Shown one piece after another: positions 36,406-48,414 of a stretch of 64,000 bases of DNA (its first letter is position 1; each line of letters begins with the position of its first letter). The position numbers were made by a program, and so were the translations under genes. This DNA comes from Podarcis muralis (Eukaryota), in assembly GCF_964188315.1 (NCBI RefSeq), contig NC_135667.1, positions 26,164,001-26,228,000 on the forward strand, in the 5' to 3' direction. The notes beneath the pieces are model-generated. The model saw only the letters and a list, made by a program, of their open reading frames with translations. It was not told where the DNA came from and did not search any database.

Positions 36406-36959
36406 TGTTTTGGTGTTCTCTGTTTGGGAAATGAGAAAAAAAATCTGATAAGTGTCCTGCCACCATAAGAAGAAGCCAAGAACAGAGACTGATCAGAAAT
36501 TCTGTAAATGCGCACAACTTTTTATTCATTTGTTAAAACAATAAACTACACACCATTTGAATATATTGTGACTGCACAAAAAAAGGAATTCAAAGGAAAC
36601 GCAAGGATAAATGAGTAAAAATACACTAGATCCATCTGTAAAGCCAGCATGAACCAATGGCCAACAAAAAAGCTTATTTGAAATCCTTAGTAGATTCACA
36701 TCATCCCCATTTCCACAGCAAGCATGTTCCAAAGTGTGAATGTTGCCACACTAAAACTTAGGTGTTTGCTAAATTGATTTTTGTGGTAGGAGTGGCACCC
36801 ATAATAGATCCTAAGCAACATGATGGAAAGTAAAATAGAAAAACTTGATGCAATGTCTAGAAGACGTTGAGCGTTGGGGCCGCATTAGACATTAGCTTAA
36901 TATGTAGCATCCAGTTTCATATCTTGTTTTATGTCTCTCAGTTTTTCAATTTTCCAATA

Positions 36960-37198
36960 CAGTGGTACCTCAGGTTACATAGGCTTCAGGTTACATACAC
37001 TTCAGGTTACCGACTCCGCTAACCCAGAAATAGTACCTCGGGTTAAGAACTTTGCTTCAGGATGAGAACAGAAATCGTGCTCCCGCGGCGCGGCAGCTGC
37101 AGGAGGCCCCATTAGCTAAAGTGCTTCAGGTTAAGAACAGTTTCAGGTTAAGAACGGACCTCCGGAATGAATTAAGTACATAATCCGAGGTACCACTG
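36960..37198. mobile_element. Tc1/mariner MITE
   Basis: TIRs and TA flanks; inverted relative to 37401. Confidence 0.9.
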
Positions 37199-37400
37199 TA
37201 TAAGGTTCAGTTCTCCACTTTTCCAGATCAGTTTGCCAATACTTTAATTTTTTAAAATCCTCATGAAAATTAATCAGCATATCTGTGTGAATTTATCTGA
37301 ATGTAAACAAATCTGTTTGCAATTATGTCTAATACACACATTTTGGCAAAGCAATTTTCCATAATATATCATATTATTTGAATAATATTTACTGGCTAAA

Positions 37401-37642
37401 CAGTGGTACCTTGGGTTAAGAACTTAATTCATTCTGGAGGTCTGTTGTTAACCTGAAACTGTTCTTAACCTGAGGTACCACTTTAGGTAATGAGGCCTCC
37501 CGCTGCTGCCACGCCACCGCCACACAATTTCTGTTCTCATCCTGAAGCAAAGTTCTTAACGCGAGGTACTATTTCTGGGTTAGCGGAGTCTGTAACCTGA
37601 AGCGTCTGTAACCTGAAGTGTCTGTAACCCAAGGTACCACTG
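37401..37642. mobile_element. Tc1/mariner MITE
   Basis: TIR cagtggtaccttgggtta ... taacccaaggtaccactg. Confidence 0.88.
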
Positions 37643-37882
37643 CATATACATTTTTATGCATAATAGTGTGTACATTTTTCTACATGTTACTTAGATGGAA
37701 AACCACATTGCAAAATTCGGAAAAGTATACATTTCAAAGGATGGTTGTTCTCTAGCTCTCATATTGTTTTAGGAAGTGTGAATGAAGTAAGTCTGCATTT
37801 AAATGAGACCTGAATTGAATTTCTCCCCATCTCTAGTGGAAGACCATGCTTACAAGGGAAGAAGCATGGAGGGAAGGGAGTG

Positions 37883-38130
37883 GAGAGCCACCATGGTGTA
37901 GTGATTAAAAGCGGTAGTCTTGTAATCTGGTGAACCGGGTTCGTGTCTCCACTCCTCTGCATGCAGCTGCTGGGTGACCTTGGGCTAGTCACACTTCTCT
38001 GAAGTCTCTCAGCCTCACTCACTTCACAGAGTGTTTGTTGTGGGGAATGAAGGGAAAGGAGAATGTTAGCCATTTTGAGTCTCCTTAGGGTAGTGATAAA
38101 GTGGGACATCAAATCCAAACTCTTCTCCTT
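37883..38130 (+). mobile_element. Squam3-like SINE
   Basis: gagagccaccatggtgtagtg ... atcaaatccaaactcttctc. Confidence 0.85.
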
Positions 38131-38659
38131 CACTCCTCTGCTGCAGTTGGAATCGAGATTGCTCCCCATTGCTAGGAGCCTTAATGGGGTGAGGGAGTCC
38201 CCATCATCCAAACCACACAGGATGAGGAGGCTATCTCCATTCTGAGCATGATGGGGAAGTGAAGAGGTCAGTCTTCCCTACCCATGCTCTGCATTCACAA
38301 TACACATTGTTACCCTATGCATCTAATCCATTAAGAAAACACAAATAGCCTAATAATGTGCTCTGCATTCAGCAAACATCTGGTTTGACCCTTCAGATTT
38401 CTAAGATACTGTGTCCCAGCCCTGCACAGCTTGCTACCCAAAACAACCCAAACTTTTCTTATAATGTAGCTTCCAGGTTTTTAAAACCCCCACACATAAC
38501 TTGAATCTCTCAGGCAAACAACACCTCCTGCGTTTATGTATGTTCTGCTACTGGCCTCCCTATTTCTAACTTTGAATCTGCAAAGCTAAAAAGCTGTAAC
38601 CTTTTTATTGTTTCTTTTGTGTCTTAACATGGCATGCATTACAAGAGATAAGCTTAACA

Positions 38660-38660
<1 letters not shown>

Positions 38661-38699
<39 letters not shown>
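38661..38699. repeat. (TG)n microsatellite
   Basis: Read directly. Confidence 0.95.
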
Positions 38700-38700
<1 letters not shown>

Positions 38701-38829
38701 CTATACACTAACATTCAGATCCTAAACAATTTTCTGTCAGTTATTTTCTTCTAGCATGAACATCTTAATCAAGTCAGTTGTGTATATAATGGAAGGACAC
38801 ACTGAGACATACCTAGGAACACATGTTCT

Positions 38830-39290
38830 TAAAACACAAAACTACCACAATTCAGGTGATTGTAGATAACATCAGAGCTCAAGGACCAAACACCCAGCAA
38901 AATTCTGGACCAGATTCCCTTCTAGTGGAACATGCAGTACAAATCTGTACTTGGAGTAAATTTTGAAGTCAATAAAGTTACAATTCATGCTATAAAGAAT
39001 CACACTGATTTTTACAGCTGGTAGGTACTTTTCACTGGAAATGAAGTATTATTTTGTACTCACTGTGCATTGAAATATCAAAGGAAAAATTGGTCACTTC
39101 AAATAGCTAATTCAATTGCATATTGGATGGTAAATATCTGCAGGTATCACACACTTACCCCAGTACATTATCTCACACATGCACATATAAATATATTCAG
39201 AAACCATGTGAGACTTATTCCCCAATTAATTTCTGCTGCAACGTTGCCAGGCAGCCCACAGTGCCCTTAATTGCAACTGAAGACTATAGC
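38830..39290 (-). promoter_or_regulatory. Conserved non-coding block upstream of OR5V1-like copy 1 (candidate exon 1/promoter)
   Basis: Homologous to about 44780-45240; shares cagattcccttctagtggaac and cccttaattgcaactgaagacta; donor GTGAGT at 39063. Confidence 0.5.
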
Positions 39291-40217
39291 CTAAAGAGTT
39301 CTCAATATATGCCAGTAAATAATTAAATTCAAACCCAGAAATACTGAGAGGGAGCTGGAGAGTCCTTGTGGCTCACAAGGAGGCCCTCCACAGAGTCTGA
39401 AGAGGACATCAGTGGGGGCGGAGTAAGCCCCAAAGTGACCAGAGGCACAGTGGGGCTTTGTTCATGCTGCTCAACCTCTTTGCCTAACAGCAGCAGCCAC
39501 TCTCCCGCATGTCCTCTAGCCCCCTGCTGGCCCTAGAGCTTCAGTTCTAGTTATGGATATTTTGGGGTACATCATTTTTGTATGGATTGAAGAGAGGTTG
39601 GCAGACAGGGTGTTTAAAGGGTGTTTAGAAGGTGCTCCCCACTTCATATGATTTCACTTATGCTGCGGGGGCCTGGAATGTAACTGTTTATTTTATTTCG
39701 CTTATTTTTGCAGGAGTGGGGTGAGGATCCAAACCTCTGTGTGTGTGTTTGAAGCAGAGACTTCTTCCCATCTGGTGTCTATGATTTCTCCTGCATCTTC
39801 TTCTCTGTCTACTCATGGATCATCGTGCACTGCCTCTGGACATAATTCAAGATGTAATGCTGTCAATAGATCAGTAGCCTCACATCTGTTAGCGATATTG
39901 AGTTGCATCAGGCTTCTCATGACAACTAGCTGAAAGGGAAAAACCCACTGGTATTGGATTCCCACATCTTGTAACTTTCCATAAATGGTTTCAGATCATG
40001 GCATTTTCTAAGGGTTTCTTAGAACCACAGATAGCTAGTTGTCATGTGAACTATCCTGTTAGTTGTGGAGTTTCTTTTTTCTTTCCTGTAACAAGCAAAG
40101 CACAATACAGGCAAAACACAATACCACATCATGTGTGGGCACTCCTTCTCTGAGATTGGAGTCAACCATGCTGTGAATATGTTCCAAATCATCATCATCA
40201 TTATTATTTTTGTTATA

Positions 40218-40459
40218 CAGTGGTACCTCGGGTTACATACGCTTCAGGTTACATACACTTCAGGTTACACACTCTGCTAACTCAGAAATAGTGCTTCAGG
40301 TTAAGAAATTTGCTTCAGGATAAGAACAGAAATTGGGCTCCGGCGGCATAGCGGCAGTAGGAGGCCCCATTAGCTAAAGTGGTGCTTCAGGTTAAGAACA
40401 GTTTCAGGTTAAGAACGGACCTCCGGAACGAATTAAGTACTTAACCCGAGGTACCACCG
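40218..40459. mobile_element. Tc1/mariner MITE
   Basis: TIRs and TA flanks. Confidence 0.9.
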
Positions 40460-40519
40460 TACTTATTAATTGCCCTTCACCCTAAGGTCCCATTGTGGGT
40501 TACAGCATTAAAAACAATA

Positions 40520-40792
40520 TTAAAAACAATTAAAGTGGATGCCAGGAATTAGTGTCTTGAACCAAGTGACAATGAAGGAAGTTAGATCTGGCTTCACCTC
40601 TTTTTGAAATCTACACAAGTAAAGCTTCTGTCTGCACTCAGAGTTTTCAGCCTCTTTCAGTTTCTCCCTGATCTCCATGTTGTCACATTGTGAATGATGA
40701 ATTTGCTTATTGCATTCAAGGCTCAATTCCAGCTGTCTCTGTGAGATATCCACCAGCTGTTCGGGCCATATATTCCCATGTTTCCTTAACAA
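40520..40792 (-). mobile_element. Degraded L1-clade ORF1 fragment
   Basis: EKLKEAENSECRQKL...DLTSFIVTWFKTLIP resembles the L1/Tx1 ORF1 pattern LENRSRRNNL...DL..F...W. Confidence 0.45.
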
Positions 40793-41871
40793 TGTCTTAT
40801 ATGGGAAGTGAACAAGTCCCTGAGATTAAGATCTCTGTTCCTTAAAGCTTTACCAGAGTTTGTCAAGGTAGGAGCCATGCGTGGTGTGGCCTGGTCTCAT
40901 TACAAGCCCTCATTAGACCTATCTTTCTCCTATGGCTTGAAAAAGAAACAGGAGAGGTCATTCAGTTTATGTTTGGGTTCACTGACATTCCCTCTGTACA
41001 ATCACATCACATCACAGTAGGGGAGCTGTGGACCATAGCTACCAGTTCAGGGAGATAGTATTCTGGTGCTTCTCTGGAATGACAGTTTCAAGCAGCCATC
41101 TTTCTTCACATTGGCCTTCTCTCCCCCCACCTCCATTTAAAAAAAGTCTTCAGGAAAATTGGCCATCATTTTGCTGCACATCTCTCCTAATGTCCGCATT
41201 TTGGTATGCAATTTGCCTATTTTATTCACATTTTTACTAGAGCTGTGCAAGGACACACCACCAATTTGCTCTGGGGCCCCAATCTCTCCCCCCCAATCAG
41301 TATTAGTTGCCTCGAGCCATCCCAAGGGCCACACATCGAGCTATGCATCTGTCCCCAAAACAATCTGGAGAGGGCTAATTCTTAAAAAATAATTTCTAAA
41401 CCTTCCTTTTTAAAAGGTGGAGTATCTGTGTAGGATCTGTAAAGCAAGAAGATCCTGTAGGAAAGCACATTGTGAAGCAAAAGCCATACACCACAGGATT
41501 TGTGAATGTGCTGTGGGCCAATCCAACCAGATCTGTAGCTATCTATAGCTGCCTGTACTGGAAGAAATATGAATATGGCAAAAATAAATAAATTAGTTAC
41601 TCCATTTCAGGTTTGAGAATTAAAGATCGTACAGTTGAGTTTCAAAAATAAAATGATATTAGAATTAAAACTCAGGCCTTACTCTCACAAAATGTCTCCC
41701 TCTCTCACACACATACACATAAACCAGATAGAAAAAAGAGAAAGACCAATGAAAGCATGTTTAATTTCATGATACTAAAATGCCACTGTGGTAATTCAGT
41801 CATTGCCCAACTTACTTTTGTTTTACGTTAATCCCAAACAATAAATAGGTGAAGATGAAATGTTAATAGAA

Positions 41872-42017
41872 TCAAATAATCATGGAACAGTAGAGTTGGA
41901 AGGGAGCCTTGGGATAATTGACTCCAACCCACTTCAATGCAGGAATATGCAGCTGTCCCATATGGGGATGAAACCTTCAACCTTGGTGTTATCAGCACCA
42001 TACCCCAACCAACTGAA
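41872..42017 (-). mobile_element. tRNA-head/CR1-tail SINE (Squam2-like)
   Basis: Minus strand cagttggttggggtatggtgctgataac head and ...ttccaactctac tail; absent from the homologous flank of copy 1. Confidence 0.65.
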
Positions 42018-42062
42018 GAAGTTAATCATCATCATCATCTAAGATAACATGCAACTATTCTT

Positions 42063-42995
42063 TCATTTCAAATATAGCTTCCCCATAAATATCTTTTTCA
42101 GTGCACCCTTAATAACTTTGTTTCTCAAGGTATAGATCAAAGGATTCAGCATGGGTGTGACAATGCTGTAAATGACAGAAATGATTCTGTCTTTGTCTAA
42201 AGAGTAGGTGGAAATTGGACGGACATAGGTGAAGATGGCACTCCCGTAATACAAGAGGACAATGGTCAGGTGTGAGGCACAGGTAGAGAAGGCTTTGAGC
42301 CTTCCTTCAGTGGAGCGTATCTTCAAGATAGTGGAGATGATGTAGACATAAGAGAGGACAATGCAGACAAATGGGGTCCATCCTATGAAGACCCCAATGA
42401 CAAGAAGAATGATCTCATTGAGGGAAGTGTCTCCACAAGAAATCTTCAGAAGGGGAGGGATATCACAAAAGAAATAATTGAGCTGATTTACCCCACAGAA
42501 AGGTAGTTGGAAGGTAAAGTAGGTGTGCACAGCTGAGTTGAGAAAACCACTTGCCCAACAGGCTCCAGATAACTGGAGACAAAACCCTTTCTTCATGGTG
42601 GCTGTATAGTGCAAAGGATGGCATATAGCTACAAAGCGGTCATAGGCCATGGCAGCCAGCAGGATGCACTCGGTACCCACAAATGAGACAAAGAAATAAA
42701 GCTGAGTTATACAACAGGCATATGGGATGCTCTTTTTCTCTGAGAGAAGGTGGACCAGCATCTGAGGGACATTGGTGCTGGTATAACAGATATCCAGAAA
42801 AGAGAGGTTCCCTAGAAAGAAGTACATGGGTGTGTGAAGCTGAGGGTCCAGGCAGGCAATGGTAATGATGGAGATGTTCCCCACCAGAGTGCAGATGTAT
42901 GTGATAAGAAAGAATGAGAAGAGCAACAGCTGCAGCTCCTGAAGACCAGAGAAGCCCAAGATGAGAAATTCGGTCAGTGCTGTTTCATTGGCCAT
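42063..42995 (-). CDS. OR5V1: Olfactory receptor, OR5V1-like, copy 2 (310 aa from MANETAL)
   Basis: 18 nucleotide and 7 amino-acid differences from copy 1 by manual count. The track extension to 43100 crosses the acceptor. Confidence 0.93.
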   Translation of the reverse strand: MANETALTEFLILGFSGLQELQLLLFSFFLITYICTLVGNISIITIACLDPQLHTPMYFFLGNLSFLDICYTSTNVPQMLVHLLSEKKSIPYACCITQLYFFVSFVGTECILLAAMAYDRFVAICHPLHYTATMKKGFCLQLSGACWASGFLNSAVHTYFTFQLPFCGVNQLNYFFCDIPPLLKISCGDTSLNEIILLVIGVFIGWTPFVCIVLSYVYIISTILKIRSTEGRLKAFSTCASHLTIVLLYYGSAIFTYVRPISTYSLDKDRIISVIYSIVTPMLNPLIYTLRNKVIKGALKKIFMGKLYLK

Positions 42996-43533
42996 TGTTT
43001 TAGGATTTTCTGTTTTAGAAATAAGGGGAAACTTATAAGTGTCATGTTGCCATAAACAAAAGTCATGCACACAGGTTGAACACAGATTATACAAATGCAC
43101 ACAACTTTTTTTTCTTTCCTTTTAAGAAACAGTGCATCATTTTAAAATATTGTGGCGGTGTGCAAAAAACGGAGGGGGGGGGACAGAATATTATACCTAT
43201 AAAAATGCACTAGTTCCATCCGTAAAAACGGCTTGAAAAATACCTAGCAATGCTATCCTAGAAAAGCCTTTTAGAATAAACAGAGACATGCATTAAAAAT
43301 AAGAGACTATTAGTACCATCCTCATTTCCAGTGGAATCATATTCAAACTCTAAGTGCTCTAAGTGCTACTACATTAAAATCCCTAACCTGTGTATCTTTT
43401 AAATAGAATCTGAGGTGTGAGTGGCACCCAGAATAAGGCATAAGCAACAAGATGGGAAGTAAAATAGAATTATTTAATGCAATGTCTAGAAGATGTTCAT
43501 CCTCAGGATCAAACTAAATGTTAGCTTAATATG

Positions 43534-43999
43534 TAGTACTTTTCCTTGTATAAGACTAGGTTTTTTTCTTTAATAATTATGCTAAAAAGTGGGGGTCGTC
43601 TTATACATGTATAGTTGATAGGGTGGACGTTTGATTTGTTGCTGCCTTGGCTGTCAGTGGCTATCGGACATGTAATTGGTTGCTGCATCAATGGCTGGTG
43701 TTGATTGGCTGACGCTGCAGCAATTGGGTGGGCGATTGGCAGCTTCTACCAGCAAGGGGACAGATGTGAGGTGGATTTTTGGACACATGTGGGTGATCGA
43801 TTTTCGGCAATGCCCCCTAAAAAAGCTAACAACCCTGGTTAATTTCCCCTCAAAAAAATTCAATAACTCTGGGCAATTCTCCGCAAAAAAAGAAAGCTCA
43901 ACAACTCTGTGCCATCTCCCCCCATTTTCTTAAATTTAAGTCCTCAAAAATAGGGGGTGTCTTATACATGGGAGTGTCTTATACACAGAAAAGTACGTA
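43534..43999. mobile_element. Tc1/mariner (Tc2-like) MITE
   Basis: TIRs gtacttttccttgtataagac / gtcttatacacagaaaagtac; begins where homology to the copy 1 flank (atatgtag) breaks. Confidence 0.7.
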
Positions 44000-44779
44000 T
44001 ATTTTATTACAGGTACAGGGGATAGAAATGGGTAAATCTGACAATTTTCATTTCTCTCAGTTCTCCAGTTTTCCTATATTCAGTTCAGTTCTCTGCATTT
44101 CCACACAGGTATATTTTAATTCTTTAAAATCCTTATGAAAATTCAACTGCACATTCATTATAATTATTTTATATAATTTATGTTGCAATTGCGATGTCTT
44201 ACTGTGTTATTTATTGTACGTAAGCCGCTTTGTGACTCATGTGAGTGAACCGTGGCACAGAAATGTAATAAATGAAATGAAATGAATTTCTCCTAATACA
44301 AACGTATCTGTATACATTTTACCCTGTATAATAGAATAGAAACCCTAAGCCCTCTTCTTGATATTAAGTTACAGTTTTTAAACTGAACTTCTTAATAAAA
44401 TTGCACTTTTGTGTTAGCAATTCAAAAAAAGATAAGCAAATATAACAAAAGGAAAGAAAACAAACAATCAAACAAACATATAAACCATAAAACATCACAT
44501 GGAAAAGCAAAAATGCAAAGATACAGCGTAGCTACAAAGGAACAATCCAAAGATTCCCATTACAAGCAAAGTTATGTAAAAAATAAAAGTATTCTCAGCC
44601 TGTAAGTTCCATCTTTACTTAGAACAAATGAGCCAGACATGTGCATATACTGGTAACACTGAACAACAATTCTCCTAAATATTGGTATAAGAAAGAAAAC
44701 CATGCAGGGGGGCGGGGGGGGGGTCGTTCATTCAAGCTTTGCCTTTCAGATAGTAGGAACATACCTAGGATCACATTTT

Positions 44780-45240
44780 ATTAAAATACACAGCTGTCAC
44801 AATTCAGTTGATTAGAGGTAACATCAAAGGTCAAGGAGCAAGCACACTGCAAAACGCTGGATCAGATTCCCTTCTAGTGGAACTTGCAGTACAAACCCAC
44901 CCATATTTGAAATAAAAACGTCAGTCCTTAGAAGTCAGCAAAGCTGCAACTAGTGGTATAAGCAAGCACACTGAGTTCCACAGCTGTTAGAAACATTTCC
45001 AAGAAAATGACAGTGTTGATTTGTACTTACCATTCATTGTACTTACCATTCAATGGAAAAGTTGGCCACTTCAAACAGCTAACTCAGTTGCTAAATAGCT
45101 GCAGGCATCGAACATGTCCCCCAGTATCTCCCACAAGCACATATATATTTTCAGTGACCACATGAGACATATTCCCCCATTAATTTCTGGTGCAATGTTG
45201 AGAGGCAGCCCATAGTTCCCTTAATTGCAACTGAAGACTA
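44780..45240 (-). promoter_or_regulatory. Conserved non-coding block upstream of OR5V1-like copy 2 (candidate exon 1/promoter)
   Basis: Paralogous to 38830-39290; GTAAGT donor present twice through a 16-bp tandem duplication (45021-45052). Confidence 0.5.
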
Positions 45241-45976
45241 ACCTAAGGCGCACTCTGTTCATGTTGCAAAGATGGTGACAGAAGTTACAAACAGGGAGTT
45301 TGTAACAAGCAGGGAAGTTACAAACAGGGAGTTTGTAACTTATAAGTTATAAACAGGGAGCTACAATTCTGCATTTAGATGTGTTTCTATGCATCTGTGA
45401 GTTTAAAAGCAGTGTTTTCTCTGAACAAACACTGAAATGAGTCCCCCTCCCTCTTCCAGCATATTCTAATTAAAGCCTTAAGGCTCTTAAATAAACAATG
45501 TCAATGAGCAACTTTTATTAGGTCAGTGTCAGCGACCTAATATTTCTCCCCTGGTTTTTGGAGGACTGATGCTCACTCTAATCAGGTATACCAACTTCTG
45601 CCAAGATATACCACCTCAAAGAATCAGACATTTACGGTTCACATTCTGTACTACTCTGCTGGAGAGACAGTCTACCAAGAAAATCAATTATTATCAGTGC
45701 CTGCATGCCCCCTTGATGCCTAATAATGGAATGTTTTAATAATACTATTAATCCTCTCCAGGGTATTCATCATAATCTGAAATGCTTCTGCATACTTAGC
45801 CTAGTGAATTGCAGTTGTAAAATAAGGAGGGAAAAGAAAATCATACCTAAGCTGTAGTAATACTTTCACGGAATTAACCGTGTACAGATATGTTTAGGAT
45901 TACACAGTTAGTATACAAATATAATAGAACCCATAGTAGGGGCTGTACATATTTGATAATTTTGGTTTCTCTTGTT

Positions 45977-46236
45977 CCATACCCTCCAACATCCCACTGA
46001 TCAAAATTGGGGCACTTTTTTGGGTCCAAACTCCCATGGGAGCCAGCTGATTTGTGCGAGAGCGCAAGACAAAAAAGAAAAAAGCATTTTTTTGGTCCAG
46101 TGCTCTGGAGCAAGCCTGCTGGCTCACATCAGAGCACTGAACCAAAAAGTGGGACTTTCTAGGATCCGATCAGAAGCTGGGATGGCGTCTGTTGTTCCGA
46201 GATATCCTGTTCAAAATGGGTCTGTTGAGGGGTATG
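45977..46236. mobile_element. MITE, probably hAT
   Basis: TIR cataccctccaaca / tgttgaggggtatg; flanks ctcttgtt and ttcttgtt approximate an 8-bp TSD. Confidence 0.5.
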
Positions 46237-47005
46237 TTCTTGTTTTCCCAAGCTTTTAAAGTATTCACAAAACTTCATCACCATTTTGATGTGCATTTCC
46301 CCCAATATACAATCCATATTTTTGTATTTAATTTTGCCTAATATATACATTTATACTAGGGCTTTGCAGGAACAGCCCCCCCCACACACACTCTAGCCCT
46401 GATATTAGCTCCAATATCAGGGTGATTTGCCCTGTGCCTATTTGGGGGCCCTGCACCCCACCATGGATCCACCTCCAATGCAATTTGGGTGGGGTGGGGC
46501 TAAGATATTTTAAAGAGTTTTTCAACCTGTAGAAAAGGTCAGGGGTGGTGCATGCCACCCAGGATCTGATACTGTGTGGTGTCTTTCTCCACAAGCTGGC
46601 TGTTGTGAGCAGCTTTCGTTGTGCAAGGAAGCTGCTCACAAAGAAACAGCAGCCAGTACTGTGCAGTATTTGTTAAGCAGGCATCCATCTCCTGAGGATG
46701 TTGAGTGGAGGCAGTGATGCTGCTATGTGAGGCAGGAAAGGAAGCCATGGCAATGGACCTACTTTCTCCTGGGTAAGTCTTTGCCTTTTTAACATGTTTT
46801 TGTGTCCTGACTGCCTCTCTTCCCTATCTGTTACATCACTCCTTGACAGGCATGGATTGTTCTGAGCCAATCCAACTGTACCTGTAGAAATCCATGTGTA
46901 TCGGTACCCAGCTCATCAGAAGGGAGAGGCCCTTTGAGTATGCCCAATTTGGCTAGGGCCTTGACCAAATCCAGCCTTAATTTTTACAGTTCCTAACTAC
47001 TATTA

Positions 47006-47357
47006 GGGACGCGGGTGGCGCTGTGGGTAAAAGCCTCAGCGCCTAGGGCTTGCCGATCGAAAGGTCGGTGGTTCGAATCCCTGCGGCGGGGTGCGCTCCC
47101 GTTGCTCGGTCCCAGCACCTGCCAACCTAGCAGTTCGAAAGCACCTCCAGGTGCAAGTAGATAAATAGGGACCGCTTACTAGCGGGAAGGTAAACGGCGT
47201 TCCGTGTGCTGCGCTGGCTCGCCAGATGCAGCTTGTCACGCTGGCCACATGACCCAGAAGTGTCTGCGGACAGCGCTGGCCCCCGGCCTCTTAAGTGAGA
47301 TGGGCGCACAACCCTAGAGTCTGTCAAGACTGGCCCATACGGGCAGGGGTACCTTTA
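47006..47357 (+). mobile_element. Sauria SINE, young full-length copy
   Basis: 14-bp TSD cctaactactatta (46992-47005 and 47358-47371). Confidence 0.93.
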
Positions 47358-48414
47358 CCTAACTACTATTAGTATTATACAATATTTTTATTTTCCCCGC
47401 AATAACTGATGCTCCTCTCAGTCTATCAGAAGGCCTTTGCACCATAAATACTTTTATAATGTTTTATACTTCGATGTCTTAATATATGTCTTACATTTTG
47501 AACATTGTCTGCATTAATTTTTGTAAGCTGCTTTGAGTCCCAGATGTGGAGAGCAATGGGGTATACATTAAAAAAGAAGAACATATGTCTAGGAAGCAAT
47601 CTCAAAAGCATTAAAAATACTAATAACTGAAATCCCACATGTTTGATTAATCTTCAGGGAAATGGTTCGCCATCCAGAGATTACTTAACTCTTGTTTCCT
47701 CTTCCACCTGGCTCAATTTGAAAGCACAGCCTTTGTGGGTTCCTTGTTGGTGTAATGCTCTCTATGCAAAAATAGTGTTGTGGATCAAATCCTGATGAAG
47801 TTTCCACATAGAATTGTGATGGGGTGCAGAACCTATTTATTTTTCTTGATTGTGTCATTTATCCTAAAAAAAAAGGTCATATCACTGACAAACCCATCCA
47901 TCAACTTTGTATAGAACACAACTTCCGTGGTAATTTGCAATGGGAGGGAGACACGTGAAGTAGGTAAGGATTTGTTTTGTCTGTTCAGTTATTTATGAAA
48001 GAGAAAGTACGAAAGAGAGATTCTAATATTGTGAAAGTACAATTGCTGGCTAGGGCAGATGGGAGTTGTTGTCCAAGACATATGGAAAGCATCAGGTTTT
48101 GTTATTATATAATAATCCAGTGCTTTGGGGGGGGGGCACTCAAAGGTATAAAGTACCGGCACCTTTCTTCCCACAAATTCTAAAAGTGTGACACTTTTTA
48201 AAAAGCATATACAGAAAAGAGCTAAATCCAGAAGCAATTGTAAATGTGGATTTTATGGTGGCCCTCATTGCAGTCAACAAACTATGAGCCTAATGAACCA
48301 GTTTTGTTGTTTATCTGCTTTGCACAATTCCTCTTGAATGTATTAATTCATCTTCTTCCTCTCCCCCACCCTCTACATTTCTTTCTAGATCATAGGCCTG
48401 TTGTGAAAAGTACA

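Noticed and set aside
42996-43100. Long N-terminal extensions in the ORF track (also 8468-8515, 15365-15430, 20940-21041, 48244-48414 and 60369-60506)
   Set aside because: Each crosses a polypyrimidine-AG acceptor or begins at a non-ATG codon. The downstream ATG gives a normal OR N-terminus with an N-x-S/T site, and copy 1 of the OR5V1-like pair has no such extension.
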